A stretch of 64,000 nucleotides of DNA from contig CM059431.1 in NCBI GenBank assembly GCA_030390025.1, forward strand, positions 135,968,001-136,032,000. The letters run 5' to 3'. This document shows, piece after piece, positions 25,990 through 37,024 of this stretch (within the stretch, counting starts at the first letter, position 1; every line of letters starts with the position of its first letter). The position numbers were made by a program, and so were the translations under genes. The stretch comes from Squalus acanthias. Taxonomy: Eukaryota. The notes beneath the pieces were generated by a model that saw only the letters and a list, made by a program, of their open reading frames with translations, did no database searches and was not told the origin of the DNA.

Positions 25990-26698
25990 GAACTTCTATT
26001 ACATAACAATGCTGAGAGACCCAGTATCCCGTTTTTTGAGTGAATGGAGACATGTTCAGAGAGGGGCCACGTGGAAGGCTTCACTACACATGTGTGATGG
26101 CAGAACCCCGACGCAAGATGAGCTTCCGACCTGCTACATGGGTAATGATTGGTCAGGCTGCACTCTGCAGGAGTTCATGAATTGTCCTTACAATCTGGCC
26201 AACAACCGACAGGTCCGCATGCTAGCAGACCTCAGTCTCGTGGGATGCTACAATTTATCCATCATGACGGAAAACAAGAGAAATGAGATTCTTTTGCACA
26301 GTGCAAAAAATAACCTTAAAGACATGGCCTTTTTTGGACTCACAGAATTCCAGAGGAAGACTCAATATCTATTTGAAAGAACCTTTCATTTGAAGTTCAT
26401 CTCACCTTTCACCCAGTTCAATAGCACACGAGCTGCCAGTGTGGAGCTGGGCGAACAGACTAGGAAACACATTGAGGAATTGAATTTTTTAGATGTGCAG
26501 CTCTATGACTATGCAAAAGATCTTTTTCTGCAGCGCTTTCAGTACATGAGACAGAAGGAGCACCGGGCAGATAAGAGAAAGCGTCAAGAAGAACGAAGAC
26601 AGCATCATGAGAAACAGGCAACACACTACAGGTCACAAACAAAGGACACAGAGAGTGTGACCACAGACGATTACACAAGTCAAGTGGAAAGATGGTGA
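25990..26698 (+). CDS. HS6ST3: Heparan-sulfate 6-O-sulfotransferase 3, terminal coding exon (first exon lies upstream, outside the window)
   Basis: Polypyrimidine tract and AG at 25988-25989, then NFYYITMLRDPVSRFLSEWRHVQRGATWK...NLANNRQVRMLADLSLVGCYN...DYTSQVERW*; YITML, DELPTCY, SAKNNLK, FISPFTQFN, LNFLD and SQV-RW resemble HS6ST3 more than HS6ST1/2 (recalled comparison). Confidence 0.9.
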
Positions 26699-28500
26699 TT
26701 GTTTCTTTTCTGTTAGCTTTAATTCATACAGTTTGGACAATTAAGATTATTGAATTCCAACAACAAAAAAGTCACATTTAGGACTCATGGGATAGGACAG
26801 TATTTCACATGCAACATGTAAACCTGCCTTGAAATATCTTTTCATTTGGATCTTTAACCCCCTTCCAATGATGTGCATTTCTGCTATTCATCCTTGTTTT
26901 GTGTTTGCATTCTGGTAGATTTAAAGTCAAATAGAAAAGAAACATTAAGTTGCCTTAGGTATATCTTACTGAAATCAGTGAACCAAAAGGAACGCTGATA
27001 CGAATGCTCTCTGGTAAAATGTAGAGCTGTGAAAGAAACCTAGAGGCAATACCTTGCTTCTGTCAATCAGTGGAGTGTGTTTAGTAAGCTGTTATAGTAG
27101 CCCATTAGGGCATTTGACTATCATTTGCTTGTGAGCTTGTCACTGACTATAATCATGCTTCCAAAATCATGCTGAAGGGTTTTATAAAATAAAATAAAGA
27201 GCTCCCTTCAGGTTTTTATTTGATTTAAACTTGTCTAAACGCATCCAATCCATTGCCAGAACTAGGCAGTAATAAGTAATGTGTAAGTGATTTCATATAT
27301 GTATACAATTTACATACAAGACATACTGCAATCCCATTTCATTTAACTAACACTCAATAAACTTGAGATTTGATATAAATTTGCCTATCATTGGTTTTAA
27401 CTCAAAAGAAAACAGGTAGTAAAAAATATTATCAAGCTTGGTTTCCAAATTATGAAACAAATGTAGCTTTTTCCACTTAATAGGCTGAGATACTCTGTCA
27501 GACAGCCACATTGCAGGTCTTTAATGACACATGTAATATAGATATGCAGTAAAATATACCAATACATTATATCAAATCCGGCAGTAGCAGTAACATCACA
27601 GAATGATGTCACAGCACACTTAAACTCATTTTGAGCTTTTCCTCTCAGTACACTACGCACTGAATCAAAATTTTTGATCTAAAAACCTGATTAACTTTTG
27701 ATCTAAAAACCTGATTAATCAAAAGATTTTTCTAACTCAAAAACTGGTTAAGCTACATAGTAGTTTATTTGGAAACTTTAATATATAGACTCCATTTCTC
27801 TATTTTCAAACTAGATTACTTTTCTCAGTTTCTCTTGGACTTAAGCCTGTGCTTTGTTTGGGCCTGTTAGCTCATTTCGAGAGCTGGCTCACCCCACACT
27901 CCTAAAATCCCAGTCATACTTTAGAAGGTACAAAGATCATTCAACACTCCAAGAATTAAAAGATTACGTAATAATGGTCTAATTATAAACAGAATACTGG
28001 CCAAGTTCAGATAAGAATTATTTGACCATGTAAATCACCTTGGAAAGTTGACTCAATATTGTAATTTTCCATTGAGCAAAAACAAGTGCTATTTCATGGT
28101 ATTAGGCCATAATTTGCATCAATAAAACACACAAGATTAAATTATTAGCATAGCTGATTCCCCATTGATTGTTACAGCAGAATATTGGTCACAGTCGGTT
28201 TAGAACCAAAAAATGTGAATTCATTACTCTTCCTGCAACATGATAGAGATTGCAGGCCCTACAGCTTCTTCTGCTGACATTATGGTTTGAATAAAAATTG
28301 TGAATCTTACGCAAAAGGAAAAACTTAATAATGTACAGACAACTGAGTGAGATAGGTTGACTGCTAATATAAGGTTTGCAAAGGCTCTGCAAGAAGTCAT
28401 ACATGGTACAACACTTGTGCGCGTTTATATTTTTCAACTTGCAGAACAAAACTAGTTTTAAAACTTACTATCCGACTGAAGGTTTGTTTATTTCTATTCT
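26699..28500 (+). other. Probable HS6ST3 3' UTR (end not determined)
   Basis: AT-rich, TE-free sequence after the stop, with several AATAAA hexamers (~27193, ~27356, ~28120, ~28290). Confidence 0.55.
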
Positions 28501-28588
28501 TGATGTGGAGATGCCGGTGTTGGACTGGGGTGGACAAATGTGAGAAGTCGCACAACACCAGGTTATAGTCCAACAGCTTTATTTGAAA

Positions 28589-28625
28589 TCACAAGCTTTC
28601 GGAGCGCTGCTCCTTCGTCAGGTGA
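28589..28625 (-). ncRNA. Minimal type I hammerhead ribozyme motif in the Penelope 3' pLTR
   Basis: Minus strand: tcac-CTGACGA-a-ggagc agc gctcc-GAAA-gctt-gtga. Confidence 0.75.
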
Positions 28626-31568
28626 AGTGAAGAGATGCATATAGGCACAGCATATATAGTCAGAGAACACTGCCAGATGATTACAGTTAATCTTTCCAAC
28701 TGCCCTTTATCACACCTCGGCAGAGAGATAATCATGGCAATCAAAGGTGTGGATGGTGTCCAAACAGGTCAGTCAGGAAAACATTACACAAAAGACAATG
28801 TGGCAGATGCTGGGGTCCGTATGGAAAACAAAAAACTTTTTTTGCTGGAAATCACAGCAGGTCCGGCCGCATCTGTGTAGAGAGAACAAGCCAACGACGA
28901 CTCGAGTCTGGATGACTCTACGTCAGGTGGGGTTACATGTAGCGTGACATGAACCCAAGATCCCGGTTGAGGCCGTCCTCATGGGTGCGGAACTTGGCTA
29001 TCAGTTTCTGCTCGACGATTTTGCGTTGTCGTGTGTCTCGAAGGCCGCCTTGGAGAATGCTTACCCGAAGATCGGAGGCTGAATGTCCTTGACTGCTGAA
29101 GTGTTCCCCGACTGGGAGGGAACACTCCTGCCTGGCGATTGTTGCGCGGTGTCCGTTCATACGTTGTCGTGGTGTCTGCATGGTCTCACCGATGTACCAT
29201 GCTCCGGGGCATCCTTTCCTGCAACGTATGAGGTAGACAACGTTGGCCGAGTCACATGAGTATGTACCATGTACCTGGTGGGTGGTGTCCTCACGTGTGA
29301 TGATGGTATCTGTGTTGATGATCTGGCATGTCTTGCAGAGGTTGCCGTGGCAGGGTTGTGTGGTGTCGTGGTCACTGTTCTCCTGAAAGCTGGGTAATTT
29401 GCTGCAAACGATGGTCTGTTTGAGGGTAGGCTGCTGTTTGAAGGCGAGTAGTGGGGGCGTGGGGATGGCCTTAGCGAGGTGTTCATCGTCATCGATGACA
29501 TGTTGAAGGCTGCGAAGAACATGGCGTAGTTTCTCCGCTCCGGGGAAGTACTGGACGACGTAGGGTACTCTGTTGGTTGTGTCCCGTGTTTGTCTTCTGA
29601 GGAGGTCTATGCGATTTTTCGCTGTGGCCCGTCGGAACTGTCGATCGACGAGTCGAGCATCATATGCCGTTCTTACGAGGGCGTCGTTCAGCGTCTGTAG
29701 GTGTCCATCGCGTTCCTCCTCGTCTGAGCAGATCCTGTGTATTCGCAGGGCTTGTCCATAGGGGATGGCTTCTTTAACGTGGTTAGGGTGGAAGCTGGAG
29801 AAGTGGAGCATCGTGAGGTTGTCCGTGGGCTTACGGTAGAGTGAAGTGCTGAGGTGTCCGTCTTTGATGGAGATTCGTGTGTCCAAGAATGAAACCGATT
29901 CTGAGGAGTAGTGCATGGTGAGTTTGATGGTGGGATGGAACTTGTTGATGTTATCGTGTAGTCTTTTCAGTGATTCTTCGCCGTGGGTCCATAGGAAGAA
30001 AATGTTGTCGATGTATCTGGTATATAGCATTGGTTGGAGGTCCTGTGCAGCGAAGAAGTCTTGCTCGAACTTGTGCATGAAGATGTTGGCGTATTGGGGT
30101 GCGAATTTGGTCCCCATGGCTGTTCCGTGTGTTTGGGTAAAAAACTGGTTGTCGAAGGTGAAGACATTGTGGTCAAGGATGAAGTGGATGAGTTGTAGGA
30201 TGGCATCTGGAGATTGGCTGTTGTTGGTGTTGAGTACTGAGGCTGTCGCAGCGATGCCATCATCGTGGGGCATACTGGTGTAGAGTGCCGAGATGTCCAT
30301 CGTGGCGAGGAGTGTTCCTGGTTCAACTGGTCCGTGGGTGCTGAGTTTCTGTAAGAAGTCTGTAGTGTCGCGACAGAAGCTGGGGGTTCCCTGTATGATG
30401 GGTTTCAGGATGCCCTCGACGTATCCAGAGAGGTTCTCACACAGGGTTCCGTTGCCTGATACGATAGGACGTCCGGGTGTGTTGGCTTTGTGTATCTTTG
30501 GGAGGCAGAAGTCTCCCACGTGGGATGGGAGCGCGTAGGATGCTTTGAAGGTCTGGATCGAAGGTCTTGATCAGTCTATTGAGTTGGCGGGTGTGTTCTT
30601 TGGTCGGATCTGCGGGTAACTGTCTGTAGTGTTCCTGGTTGTCCAGTTGTCGGTATGCTTCTTTGCAATAGTCCATTCTGTTCTGTATGACGATGGCTCC
30701 TCCTTTGTCCGCTGGTTTGATGACGATGTTGCAGTTGGTCTTGAGAGCGTGGATGGCGTTGCGTTGTGCTTGGGTGACATTCTGGACTGTCTTGTGAGTG
30801 CGGCTGATGAATCTGGCGTTGATGCATCTCCTGACAGCTTGAGCATACATGTCAAGCTTAGGGCAGCGACCCTCCGGAGGGGTCCAATTTGACTCTTTCT
30901 TCTTCAGTTGCTGCACTGCAGGTCCCTCTGTCAGCTGTTCCGGATCATTGATTGTCTCATTGGATTCGCTGCTGACATCTTGGGATTCGTGGAAGAATTC
31001 CCGGAGCCTCATTCTCCTGATGAATTCCTCTGTGTCTGCCGCGAGACCGATGGGGTCCATTTTGGTGGTGGGGCAGAAAATGAGCCCTCGGCTGAGAACT
31101 TCGATTTCGTCTGGTTGAAGGGTATGGTCGGACAAGTTGACGATGGACTTCCCTGTGGTTGCAACCGAGGTACCGGGGGAGGCTTGGTTGCTGCTGGTGG
31201 TGATGCCGAGTTTCTCAAGCTTCCTGTTCTTGGTGTGCATGTAGGCAGCGTAGTTCCGTTGCCTCATCTGTTTGGCGGTCATCCAGACTCGAGTCGTCGT
31301 TGGCTTGTTCTCTCTACACAGATGCGGCCGGACCTGCTGTGATTTCCAGCAAAAAAAGTTTTTTGTTTTCCATACAGACCCCAGCATCTGCCACATTGTC
31401 TTTGATGTAATGTTTTCCTGACTGACCTGTTTGGACACAACCCACACCTTTGATTGCCGTGATTATCTCTCTGCTGAGGTGTGATAAAGGGCAGTTGGAA
31501 AGATTAACTGTAATCATCTGGCAGTGTTCTCTGACTATATATGCTGTGCCTATATGCATCTCTTCACT

Positions 31569-31605
31569 TCACCTGATGAAGGAGCAGTGCTCCGAAAGCT
31601 TGTGA
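31569..31605 (+). ncRNA. Minimal type I hammerhead ribozyme motif in the inverted pLTR copy
   Basis: tcac-CTGATGA-a-ggagc agt gctcc-GAAA-gctt-gtga; stem I tcac/gtga, stem II ggagc/gctcc. Confidence 0.75.
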
Positions 31606-32809
31606 TTTCAAATAAAGCTGTTGGACTATAACCTGGTGTTGTGCGACTTCTCACATATTTCTATTCTGAGTACTGTATTCTTTGATTGCATGCTTTGGAA
31701 AATCACTACCATGTGATTCTACATTTAACGTATCACCAATGTAATGGATGATTTTCTTAGTGCCCTGTCAAGCAAAAAAAACATTTAAAGAAAAAAAGAA
31801 AAAGGTCATATGATTGGGCAGAATCAACATGAATTTATGAAAGCAAAATCATTTTTGACAAATCTGTTGCCGTTTTTTGAGGTTGTGACATCATGGCATT
31901 GACGGAGACATGCTTGAGGGGTGATGACACCATTTGCCATAAGGAAGCTTCCCCACCTGGCTATACTTTCCACCATATTCCATGCCCAAACCACTGTGGT
32001 GGTGGTGTAGCCCTTATATCTAAAATCACACTTTGTCTGTCTCCCTACTCCTCTGGCAACTTCTCCTCCTTTGAGCATCTTACCTTGTGCCACCCCTCAC
32101 GTCTCTCTTTTAAAATCCTTATTCTGTACTGTCCACCCAAATACCACACCAATTTACTCAATGAGATATCTTCTCTGCTTTCCTCCCTCTGCCCCAAGTG
32201 ACTTCTCATCCTCGGTGATTTCAACCTCCATCTCAACTCATCTTACTCCCTATCCTCCAAGTTCACTGTTCTCTTTTCCTCCTTAATCTCTCCTTTCACG
32301 TCAACTCCCCCACCCATATACACGGCCACCCCCTCAATCTTATCATCTCACGTGGCCTCGCTAGCCCCTCTGTAACCATCATAAGGCAATCCCTGACCAT
32401 TTCCTTATATCACTCTCTACCCATATTCCCCTTCCCCCTCCTAAACCCACTCCTTTTCGTATCCACCCCTGGAAAAAAAATCTCCTTCAAGTCCCTTACC
32501 ACTGCACTTTCTAATTCACAACTACCTAGCCTTTGGCATACAATTCTCCATAACATCTCTGCAGCTACTGACTTACTAAATCTCTCCACCACCTTTGATG
32601 CCTCTGTCCCCACTAAAATCATTGCACTCTCTCCCAAGTCGTTCCCCCTGGTATACCCCTCATCTCCACTCCCTTAGTCCAAGGGAGGCAGACTTGAACG
32701 TCTTTGGCGGACAACTGGTCTAATCAGCCATCACCAGATTTCGCTAGATCATATAAAGCACTACCGGGTTCTGCTCTCCATCACAAAAAACGCTCATTAT
32801 TCTAAGATA

Positions 32810-33008
32810 AGAACATAAGAAATAGGAGCAGGAGTAGGCCATTCAGCCCTTCGAGCCTGCTCCGCCATTCAATGAGATCATGGCTAATCTTCTGCCTCAA
32901 CTCCATTCACCGGACCTATCGCCATATCCCTTGATGCCTTTACTAGTCAGAAATTTATCGACTTCTGTTTTGAATATACCCAATGACTGAGCCTCCACAG
33001 CCCTCTGG
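32810..33008 (-). mobile_element. CR1 3'-end fragment inserted in L2
   Basis: aagaacataagaaataggagcaggagtaggccattc... tail/UTR; encodes QRAVEAQSLGIFKTEVDKFL. Confidence 0.85.
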
Positions 33009-33274
33009 TGTAGAAGATCAACCAGGATGGCAAAAATAACTCCAGGCTTCTCTTCTCCACCACTAACCGTAATCTCAAACCAACCTCCCTTGCCTCCTCC
33101 TCCTCCATCATCTCCAACAATAAATGCGAGGAGCTCATGAACTTCTTTGTTAAAAAGACTGACAACATCCATTCAACTGCTTCTAATTTCAATTCCCTCC
33201 CTTCCCCTAGCCCACCGGATCTTTCTTCCTGTTCATTTTCCCCCTGCCCTAACCCTAAATTTGCATATTTCTCT

Positions 33275-36200
33275 CGGATGGTATGTTGCCTCCCGGGTGC
33301 CAGGGTCCGTGACGTCTCGGACCGTGTTTTCAGAATCCTCAAAGGGGAGGAGGAACAATCACAAGTCGTGGTACACATCGGTACCAACGACATAGGTAGG
33401 AGAAGGGACGGGGATTTAAAACAGGAATTTAGGGAGCTAGGTTGGAAGCTGAGAGCCAGTACAAACCATGTTGTAATTTCTGGTTTGTTGCCGGTGCCAC
33501 GTGCTAGCGAGTTGAGGAACAGGGAGAGAGTGCAGATAAACACGTGGCTGCAGGGATGGTGTAGCGGGGAGGGTTTCAGTTATGTGGATAATTGGAGCAC
33601 ATTCTGGGGAAGGTGGGACCTGTACAAACAGGACGGTTTGCACCTGAACCAGAGGGGCACCAATATCCTGGGAGGGAAATTTGCTACAGCTCTTCGGGGG
33701 GGTTTAAACTAATTTGTCAGGGGGATGGGAAAAAGGGCTGTAGTCCACGAGCCAGTGGTGAGTGTAGGGAGGTACTGAGGAGGGTATCAAGGTCGCAGGA
33801 ATGTACCGGCAGACAGGAAGATGGCTTGAAGTGTGTCTACTTCAATGCAAGGAGCATCCGGAATAAGGTAGGAGAACTTGGAGCGTGGATTGGTACTTGG
33901 GACTACGATGTGGTGGCCATTACGGAGACATGGTTAGAACAGGGACAGGAATGGTTGTTGGAAGTTCCGGGGTATAGATGTTTCAGTAAGAGTAGGGAAG
34001 TTGGTAAGAAAGGTGGAGGAGTAGCATTGTTAATCAAGGATAGTTTAACAGCGGCAGAAAGGCAGTTCGAGGGGGATCTGCCGTCTGAGGTAATATGGGC
34101 TGAAGTTAGAAATAGGAAAGGAGCGGTCACGTTGTTAGGAGTTTTCTACAGGCCCCCAAATAGTAATAGAGATGTGGAGGAAGAAATTGCAAAGCAGATT
34201 ATGAATAGGTGTGGAGGTCACAGAGTAGTTGTCATGGGTGACTTCAACTTTCCAAATATTGATTGGAACCTTTATAGGTCAAACAGTTCGGATGGGATAG
34301 TTTTTGCACAGTGTGTGCAGGAGGGTTTCCTGACACAATATGTGGATAGGCCGACAAGAGCTGGGGCCACGTTGGATTTGGTACTGGGTAATGAACCGGG
34401 CCAAGTGTTTGATTTGTATGTGGGAGAGCACTTTGGAGATAGTGACCACAATTCGGTAACTTTCACTATTGCAATGAAGAGGGATAGGGCCATACGGCAG
34501 GGCAGGGTTTATAATTGGGGGAGGGGTAATTATGATGCAATTAGGCAAGAATTAGGGAGTATAAGATGGGAACTGAAACTATCAGGGAAAGGCACAAACG
34601 AAAAGTGGAGCTTTTTCATGGAGCAATTACTGCGTGTCCTTGATAGGTATGTCCCTGTCAGGCAGGGAGGAAATGGCCGAGTGAGAGAACCATGGTTCAC
34701 AAAAGAGGTTGAATGTCTAGTCAAGAGGAAAAAGGAAGCGTATGTAAGGATGAGAAAACAAGGTTCAGTTGGGTCGATTGAGGGGTACAAGGTAGCAAGG
34801 AATGAGCTAAAAAAAGAGCTTAGGAGAGCTAGGAGGGGGCATGAGAAGTCCTTGGCGGGTCGGATCAAGAAAAACCCCAAGGCCTTTTACTCTTATGTGA
34901 GAAATAAAAGAATGACCAGGGTGAGGGTAGGGCCGGTCAAGGACAGTAGTGGGAACTTGTGCATGGAGTCAGAAGAGATAGGAGAGGTGATGAATGAATA
35001 CTTTTCGTCAGTGTTCACCGAGGAGAGGGGCCATGTTCTTGAGGATGAGAGTGTGATAAAGGTGGATAGGCTGGAGGTGGTAGATGTTCTGAGGGAAGAT
35101 GTTTTAGTAATTTTGAAGAACCTGAGGGTCGATAAGTCCCCTGGGCCAGATGGGATATATCCTAGGATTCTTTGGGAGGCAAGGGAGGAGATTGCAGAGC
35201 CTCTGGCTTTGATCTTTGGGTCCTCACTGTCCACGGGAATGGTGCCAGAGGACTGGAGAGTGGCGAATGTTGTTCCTCTCTTCAAGAAAGGAAATAGGAA
35301 TGACCCTGGTAATTATAGGCCGGTTAGTCTTACTTCGGTGGTTGGTAAGATAATGGAAAAGGTCCTGAGGGATAGGATTTATGACCATTTGGAAAGGGGC
35401 AACTTAATCAGGGATAGTCAACACGGATTCGTGAAGGGTAAGTCTTGCCTAACAAATTTGATTGAATTCTTTGAGGAGGTAACTAAGTGTGTGGATGAAG
35501 GTAGAGCGGTTGATGTCGTATACATGGATTTTAGTAAGGCGTTTGATAAGGTTCCCCATGGTCGGCTCATGAAGAAAGTAAGGAGTTGTGGGGTAGAGGG
35601 AAATTTGGCCGATTGGATAAGTAACTGGCTATCTCATAGAAGGCAGAGGGTGGTGGTGGATGGAACATTTTCGGACTGGAGACCAGTTACCAGCGGTGTG
35701 CCACAGGGGTCGGTGCTGGGTCCTCTGCTGTTTGTGATTTTTATCAATGACTTGGAGGAGGGGACTGAAGGGTGGATCAGTAAATTTGCTGATGACACCA
35801 AGATTGGTGGAGCAGTGGATGAGGTGGAGGGCTGTTGTAGGCTGCAAAGAGACATTGATAGGATGCAGAGCTGGGCCGAAAAATGGCAGATGGAATTTAA
35901 CCCTGATAAGTGCGAGGTGATTCATTTTGGTAGGGCAAATTTGAATAAGGATTACAGGGTCAACGGCAGGGTTCTGAGGAACGTGGAGGAACAGAGGGAT
36001 CTGGGGGTTCATATCCACAGATCTCTGAAGGTTGCCACTCAAGTGGATAGAGCAGTAAAGAAGGCCTATGGTGTGTTGGCGTTTATTAACAGAGGGTTTG
36101 AGTTTAAGAACCGTGAGGTTATGCTGCAACTGTACAGGACCTTGGTGAGACCACATTTGGAATATTGTGTGCAGTTCTGGTCACCTCACTATAGGAAGGA

Positions 36201-36694
36201 CGTGGAAGCATTGGAAAGAGTGCAAAGGAGATTTACCAGGATGCTGCCTGGTTTGGGGGGGAGGTCTTATGAGGAAAGATTGAGGGAGTTGGGGCTTTTC
36301 TCTTTAGAGCAGAGGAGGATGAGAGGCGACTTAATAGAGGTTTATAAGATGATGAGGGGGATAGATAGAGTGGATGTTCAGAGACTATTTCCTCGTGTGG
36401 AGGTAGCTGTTACAAGGGGGCATAACTATAAGGTGCATGGGGGGAGATATAGAAGGGATGTCCGAGGTAGATTCTTTACTCAGAGAGTGGTTGGGGTGTG
36501 GAATGGACTGCCTGCTGTGATAGTGGAGTCGGACACTTTAGGAACTTTCAAGCGGTTATTGGATAAGCACATGGAGCACACCAGAGTGATAGGGAGTGTG
36601 ATAGCTTGATCTTGGTCTCGGACAATGCTCGGCACAACATCGAGGGCCGAAGGGCCTGTACTGTGCTGTACTGTTCTATGTTCTATGTTCTATG
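33275..36694 (+). mobile_element. Young CR1 LINE: ORF1 C-terminal esterase (to 33712) plus intact ORF2
   Basis: Uninterrupted ORF2 to 36609; (TTCTATG)n tail; short TSD ttctct (33269-33274 / 36695-36700). Confidence 0.95.
33703..36609 (+). CDS. CR1 ORF2: APE endonuclease-reverse transcriptase, open; start mechanism unclear (no ATG until 34201)
   Basis: YFNARS, ITETW, GDFN, SDH, QHGF, DFSKAFD, PQGSVLGP and FADD in one frame with no stops. Confidence 0.85.
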   Translation, partial: FKLICQGDGKKGCSPRASGECREVLRRVSRSQECTGRQEDGLKCVYFNARSIRNKVGELGAWIGTWDYDVVAITETWLEQGQEWLLEVPGYRCFSKSREVGKKGGGVALLIKDSLTAAERQFEGDLPSEVIWAEVRNRKGAVTLLGVFYRPPNSNRDVEEEIAKQIMNRCGGHRVVVMGDFNFPNIDWNLYRSNSSDGIVFAQCVQEGFLTQYVDRPTRAGATLDLVLGNEPGQVFDLYVGEHFGDSDHNSVTFTIAMKRDRAIRQGRVYNWGRGNYDAIRQELGSIRWELKLSGKGTNEKWSFFMEQLLRVLDRYVPVRQGGNGRVREPWFTKEVECLVKRKKEAYVRMRKQGSVGSIEGYKVARNELKKELRRARRGHEKSLAGRIKKNPKAFYSYVRNKRMTRVRVGPVKDSSGNLCMESEEIGEVMNEYFSSVFTEERGHVLEDESVIKVDRLEVVDVLREDVLVILKNLRVDKSPGPDGIYPRILWEAREEIAEPLALIFGSSLSTGMVPEDWRVANVVPLFKKGNRNDPGNYRPVSLTSVVGKIMEKVLRDRIYDHLERGNLIRDSQHGFVKGKSCLTNLIEFFEEVTKCVDEGRAVDVVYMDFSKAFDKVPHGRLMKKVRSCGVEGNLADWISNWLSHRRQRVVVDGTFSDWRPVTSGVPQGSVLGPLLFVIFINDLEEGTEGWISKFADDTKIGGAVDEVEGCCRLQRDIDRMQSWAEKWQMEFNPDKCEVIHFGRANLNKDYRVNGRVLRNVEEQRDLGVHIHRSLKVATQVDRAVKKAYGVLAFINRGFEFKNREVMLQLYRTLVRPHLEYCVQFWSPHYRKDVEALERVQRRFTRMLPGLGGRSYEERLRELGLFSLEQRRMRGDLIEVYKMMRGIDRVDVQRLFPRVEVAVTRGHNYKVHGGRYRRDVRGRFFTQRVVGVWNGLPAVIVESDTLGTFKRLLDKHMEHTRVIGSVIA

Positions 36695-37024
36695 TTCTCT
36701 AATTTCTCTCTTGCCCTTTCAAAGCTCATCTTGTCAATGAGACCAACCTCCTGCTCTCTCGACCCTATTCCTACTAAATTACTGACAACCCAACTTTCCT
36801 TCCTGGCTCCCATGTTAGCAGATATTGTTAACGGTTCTCTCTCCTCCGGTATTGTCCCCCTTTCCTTCAAATCTGCAGTCATCACCCCTCTTCTCAAAAA
36901 AACAACCCTTGACCCCTCCATTCTTGCAAACTATCACCCCCATCTCCAACCTCCCTTTCCTCTCCAAAGTCCATGAACGTGTTATCACCTCCCAAATCCA
37001 TTCCCATCTTTCCCAGAACTCCTT

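Larger units (their letters stand above)
28501..31655 (-). mobile_element. Penelope-like retroelement (RT + GIY-YIG), 5'-truncated with an inverted pLTR
   Basis: ORFs 30437-31447 (IKPADKGGAIV) and 28933-30519 (LPKIHK, GRPIVS, GTAMG, YTRYIDN, WYIGET), joined by a frameshift near 30520; inverted repeats 28538-28916 / 31278-31656; 12-bp TSD tatttctattct (28489-28500 / 31656-31667). Confidence 0.95.

Noticed and set aside
25815..26006. Upstream ORF as an additional hs6st3 exon
   Set aside because: Mostly MITE sequence, out of frame with the exon, and it crosses the evident splice acceptor
26009..26698. Intronless sulfotransferase gene or retrocopy starting at ATG 26009
   Set aside because: Homology extends upstream of the ATG to a canonical acceptor, and the N-terminal TM/5'-PSB half is missing; it is a terminal exon
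27672..27718. 24-bp tandem duplication in the putative 3' UTR
   Set aside because: A real but ordinary two-copy slippage duplication with no sign of function
31278..31447. N-terminus of the Penelope ORF 30437-31447 (MWVVSKQ...RVWMT)
   Set aside because: It derives from the inverted pLTR copy (same peptide at 28747-28916 on +), so it is not the native protein start
33592..33702. ORF-track N-terminus of the 1005-aa ORF (MEHILGK...)
   Set aside because: The start is TTG and this stretch is just the -1 frame of ORF1; the meaningful ORF2 begins at or after the junction at ~33703
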